A DNA stretch of 64,000 nucleotides from the human T2T-CHM13v2.0 reference genome, Homo sapiens: assembly GCF_009914755.1 (NCBI RefSeq), contig NC_060941.1, one strand, 5' to 3'. Of the stretch, positions 58,614 to 64,000 are shown one piece after another. The notes below the pieces were generated by a model. The model searched no databases. It saw only the letters and a list, made by a program, of their open reading frames with translations, and was not told where the DNA came from. The translations under genes were made by a program, and so were the position numbers. Within the stretch, counting starts at the first letter, position 1; each line of letters begins with the position of its first letter.

Positions 58614-60373
58614 TGAATGGGGGCATGCGACACTGAAGGAGAATGAAGCTACCAAAATAATACTGTCCTAAGATGTTAGAGGAAAGTGTTTTATATGCAG
58701 TGTTCTAATAACTGTTCCCTCTTACCCACTTAAGAAGCCTCTTTGCACTTCATTGGTCACTAGTTTAGCCACTTGAAAACAGCATAAAATCTCTTTTTAA
58801 AAAATAATGCTGGCTTAATGAAATTGGGTAGATAATAAAATAAGAATACTACCTTTTATTTAATTGGGATTCTGTTAATTAATGCCAATTAATTAACACA
58901 AGAAAAATGGAGGGATATTAACCTTATTCCAATACACTACGTTAAAAAATTAAAATACTTCAAGTAAATTACCAATATCTCCTCCAGAAAATCCATTCGG
59001 AAAATCTATTTTTCAATGTCATGATTTTAGTCTTAACCCCCAGTCTGTTGAAGGGGAATTTGACTTTAATAAAATGGGTTTTCTTTAGAAGACTTTCTAA
59101 ATTCAGCCCGAATTTAGTTCAGGCTAGTTTTTTTCATTGTCAGTCCCAGTTAGAGTGTTTTATAAGTTTCACTCAGACATATGAAATCTAAGCTTGCAAG
59201 GAAAGTAAAGTAGTAGAATCTCATTAAATCATCACCATCCACTGCATGGATTCAAGCACAGGAGCGGTGTTTCATTTAAAACAAGCAAATTCTGTTGACT
59301 CTGTGTCCTGTATTGCATTTACCTTCAACATAATTTTTATTTGGCATCATAGCAACCTGCCTCCTCCCCTGAGGGAAGCTGGATTTGATAGCCAGGTACC
59401 TTAAGACAACTTAGAAATACACGTTCATTTTACACCTAGTTTATACCACTCATTGTTCAGGCATTTGACTCATTCCCTTGTTTGATTCTCATGCCAACCA
59501 TCTCAACGTCAGCATTAATATCTTCCTCTTACAGATCGGGGAGGTGTTTAGAAGCTTGCTTAAAGTCAGGCAACAAAAGGAAGTGGTAGAGCCAGGATAG
59601 GAGCCCAGATCTCTCTTCACTAGAACACACTGCCTCCCATGGGTGTGGTGCCTTTACCAGCATGGCATTTAGCCTCCAAAATTCCCAATCCTCTTGGCGA
59701 GATTCTCCCTCTTTCCTCCTTGTATGAATTTCCTGGCATTGATTTTTTTTGTAACTGGCTCAAAAGAGTGATTTTGCACAGTTCCCCCCCTTTTTTTTTT
59801 CCTGGTCATTCATTCTGTGCCCAATCCTACAAACCGGGCAAATGGACTGTGTCTCTTCCAGCTGCCATGTTGTGATTTCACCCCGCTGCCTCCATGTGTG
59901 CAGCAGCTCCCTGCACCACCTCAGTTTGCTGATGAGGCAGCCACACGGGAGCCTCTTCCAGGGTGGGATTTTAAAGATATCTTTAGAAGTGATTTTCAAT
60001 CCTAAGTCATGGAGATTTGAGTTGCTCTTTCAAAAGTGAGGACATGTCCCGCCTCTCTTCTCTATTTATTCTTACTCTCAGGATTTCACCAACGTTTAAA
60101 CGCCATCTGGATGCCAACGTCTTCCACATTTATATCTTCAGTTCTCCCTCCTGAAATCCAGACTCATATATCCAACTGCCTACTCCACACCTCTTCTTGG
60201 GTACCTTATAAACATCTCAAGCTGAACATGTTCAAAATTTCTGATTTCCTTCCCACCCACGGATATGCTTCATCCACAGTCTCCCCATCTCAGTGGATGA
60301 AAATGTCTTCTTTCCAGTTGCTCAGGCTAAAAGTCTTACAGTCATCCCTCACTCCCCTCTTTCTCTCACATAA

Positions 60374-60710
<337 letters not shown>

Positions 60711-61409
60711 TCTTGGCTTTTTCTTTAAAATATATCCAATTATTTCTCACCATCTCCCTGCCAATCCCCATCAGCCCGGTCATGGTCAGTGCCATCGTCT
60801 CATTATTTGGGTTGCTGCAATCCTCTTCTATTGTGGACTCTGCCCCTTGTAGTCTATTCTCAACCAAGCAATGAGGCGATCCTTTTGTCAACAGATGATG
60901 TCACTCTGCTTAAATTCCTAGATTGACTTTTTGTTACAATGACCTTCAAGGGGCAGATTTTCAGAAGACTGACCCCCTCTAGAATTAATCTCTGTGCCTT
61001 CTCTGGTGACTATATATGTCAGTAATGGCAATGTCACTGTGTCCCTCTGAATGACTGATTTCCACTGGAGGTACCATGTTCAGGGCCAGGCAGGAGTTGG
61101 AGAGAGCTTAGGTCAGGATGTACTTGAACTGCCAAAGTTCCCATCAGTTCTGTGGTTAGTATATGTCCCTTTCAAGTGGAGGCACATGCAAATAGCAAAA
61201 AGATGCTTCTTCAAACTGAACCAAAGTTGGAATTAAGAGAAAAACATGCTGACAAGTTTCATGGAATGTGAAAACATCTTCATTGCAATTAGTTTTAAGA
61301 CCCTGGAGCTAAGCTTTCCTTCCTCCTTAGGCAGAAAGCATGATAGGAAGGAAAAGCAGAGGAAACAGTACCCAGGAAGACCTGTATTTGGATACTTGCT
61401 CTTCTACTA

Positions 61410-61775
61410 TGGAAGAATATTTTTCAGGAAATGTTCACTTCTTCCTCATCTTCATCTCCTTGGCAGGATTTTCATGTTGAGCTTGGCCATATGGCTTGCT
61501 TTGGCTTGTGGAAGTGGACAGAGTGAGTGTGTGAGTTTCATGACTAGGCCTTAAGTCACATCACTTATTTCTTCCCTCTACCATGAGAACTACTTGCCCT
61601 GGATGTCATCTTGATCCTAGAACAATGAGAGTCACGTGGAGCTGAGCTGCTTCAGCTCACTTGCAGACCTATAGCTGGAAGCAGAGCCACCCCTACCAAC
61701 CCAAGGAGGGAGCAATAAGAAATCAATGCTTATCATTGAATGCTTGTTTATTACGCAGAAGTTGCTGACTGATAC
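61410..61775 (+). mobile_element. Old MLT1 LTR
   Basis: ggccatatggcttgctttggc...taccatgagaac...aagaaatcaatgcttat...gctgactgataca. Confidence 0.6.
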
Positions 61776-64000
61776 AGCCATTAAATGTGTGTCATTGGTC
61801 AAATGACTTCACCTCTTGAAGCCTTGATTTTTCCCATCTGTAAACTGGGGATGGCAATCATACCGCTCTGAAGGACTTCGTGAGCACTAGGTAAGGAGCC
61901 TGTATGTAAAGCATAGACCTTGGTGTGTGGAAAGTGCTCAGTAAGCATCATCTCCATATTCCTGGGGCTCAGCACGTTGCAGAGTGGATACTGCATCTAA
62001 ATGAGCAGAGCAAATTGAAGCTATGCTGGGGTGCAGTTCTGGGTAGCAACAGTAGAATGGGCAGGGGTGGAGGTTAGGTGTCCCTCAGTAGCATGGTAGA
62101 AATGGTGGGGTGGGGGGTTGATTTCTGTCTCTCAAACATTTAGAAGGACAGAAGCAGGATACCCTGATAGGGCCCCCTGAGTTGTCTTCATCTTAACCTG
62201 AATTTATGGGCCAGTGCTGGCCTAACCTGCTGCCTGTTGGAAAGCCTCGGGAGGGACTTCCAGTCTTATGTTTCCCACCCACTGGCTGTGTTCTAGTGAA
62301 TGACTCCTACTCCAGACTCCCCTGCCTGCCACTGGGCTAACCTTCTGGCTGCCCTAGGGACAAAAGAGAGCTGTGGTTTTCTGCTGCGCAAATCAATTCA
62401 TTTCTGCCGCAGTGTCCTGGGCAAAGCAGTGTCAGGGTCATTCTCATGAATCGGCCATCATTATTCCTGCAGTGCTGCTCCCTTCAGGTATGTGACAAAG
62501 GTCACTACAGAGGACACCTCAATTACTCCCTGCTGAATTATAGGAGCACAAAATTCCTGTTATTAGGGGGCCTAAATCAGCTATCTTTCCCCATGCAGGC
62601 CAGGATCTCTTTATCTTGCTTTGGCTCCCCTTTCTTTTCCCTGGGCCCTGAGAGGTGTAGAGTATGGGGGTCAGAAGGAGAGGGTGCTCCTGCTGTCTTC
62701 TATTTGCATTTCTAGGAATGTGTCTTCAGAGGTGAAAAGGGTGTTTAAATGTCTGCCTGCCTTCTGCATAAACACCTTAACATGGCTCAAGATCCGGCTC
62801 CAGAACATCTTTCTTGCCACTCCCTCTGCCCCGTCACAGCTCCTGAAAGAGGCCATTCATCCTTCTATTCACCCAGGCCATCACCAATGCTTATTGGGCG
62901 TGCCTCGTCTTAGGCACTGAGACGAAGAGCTGATGAAGACAGAGTTCCTCCCTCTGAACTCTTCACCGGCCTTCAGTGCTCTCCAGGTTTTGTGCATGTG
63001 GCTCCCCACACTTGGAATGCTTTTCCTTCCCTCCCTCCCTTTCTTCCTTTCCTCCCTTCCATCTGTCTTTTCCTCCTTCCCTGCCTCCCCTTCCTCTCCC
63101 TCCCCTCTCTTGCTCCTCCCTTGGTGGCACAAGCCACATCACTTAATATTAATCAGACCAGTGCTGGGGGATGGGTGGTGGGGTGGGGAGGAAAGTCCCT
63201 CTAATGATTGACTCTGCAACTGGTAATCTGTTAGACTGTGTGTTGGGGCTTAATGTGTGATTTCATGCATTTTCACGGTCTCTAAATTGCAAATCCAAGA
63301 TTATTTGAAAACATTTTATTTAATTTTCATGCTTTTTTCATCAAAAAAGTTAAAAGAATAATAATCTTTTATGGGCAGTTATAAATGTGCTATTTACACA
63401 CAAGACAGAAATATCTCCCTTAGCTGAGCAATCTAAGTGTGTGCTTAGAGAGGACTCCATAAGAATACTAATGAGAAAAGGCAGAATATGCTTGGAGACA
63501 ACCTAATTCATTCTTCTGGGCAATGTCTCTCTAGGTGGAGCGGGATTCTCCAGGTTCATTCCTCAGCCCTACCAGTCTCCCAGCCTCTGCAGATGGGAGG
63601 GACTTGGCAGTGAGCACGTGGTAGTTGTAGGGCTGCTGTCTGGGCCATCTTTACATCCCTGGAGCTTCGCTTGGTGCCTGTCATGGGGCAGGCATGCAGG
63701 AAATGTTTGTCGAATAAGTGAGTAAACGGCTGAGTGAAGCATTCTCCATACTCTCCCTTGGCAGTCCAATGTGAGAGCTGTACACATTCATTTTTTTTTC
63801 TTCACATCACCATTGGAGAGAGAAGCAGCAGACACAGCTGAGCTCCTGGCTTGGTGAAGGGCATGCCAAGGGGATGTGGGTGCTTGGATGTTTGCCAACT
63901 GTTTTTCACTTTTGTGAGAATCATTATTTACCTATTGCTTGATTCAGAATCCCAGACCTAGAAGGACTTTAGAAACTTGAAGTTCAACTTTTTTACTTTA

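Overview
Primate genomic DNA, almost certainly human: it carries AluJ/S/Y elements, an L1PA3-type L1, and a CA10 peptide matching human CA10 as I recall it. The only protein-coding gene is the 3' end of CA10 (carbonic anhydrase-related protein X) on the minus strand. Three spliced exons (51479-51633, 49100-49274, and a last exon starting at 47230) encode ...[38 protein letters not shown]...QKLQYRVNEWLLK*, followed by a ~1.3 kb 3'UTR. Positions 51634-64000 are CA10 intron and 1-45900 is repeat-rich downstream DNA (L1, L2, MIR, Alu, MaLR/ERV1/ERVL LTRs, Tigger and hAT fossils). I found no convincing new coding system. The unexplained structure is at DNA/RNA level: (i) a duplicated poly(A)-signal cassette in the CA10 3'UTR; (ii) a ~300 bp inverted repeat of ancient L2 sequence with a 162/166-identical core bracketing 2.2 kb; (iii) several fold-back (template-switch-like) inverted duplications, one with filler matching a nearby L1; (iv) an ~860 bp C/T tract; (v) a five-level nested retroelement stack. 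Repeat family names come from recalled consensus sequences and need RepeatMasker/Dfam confirmation.
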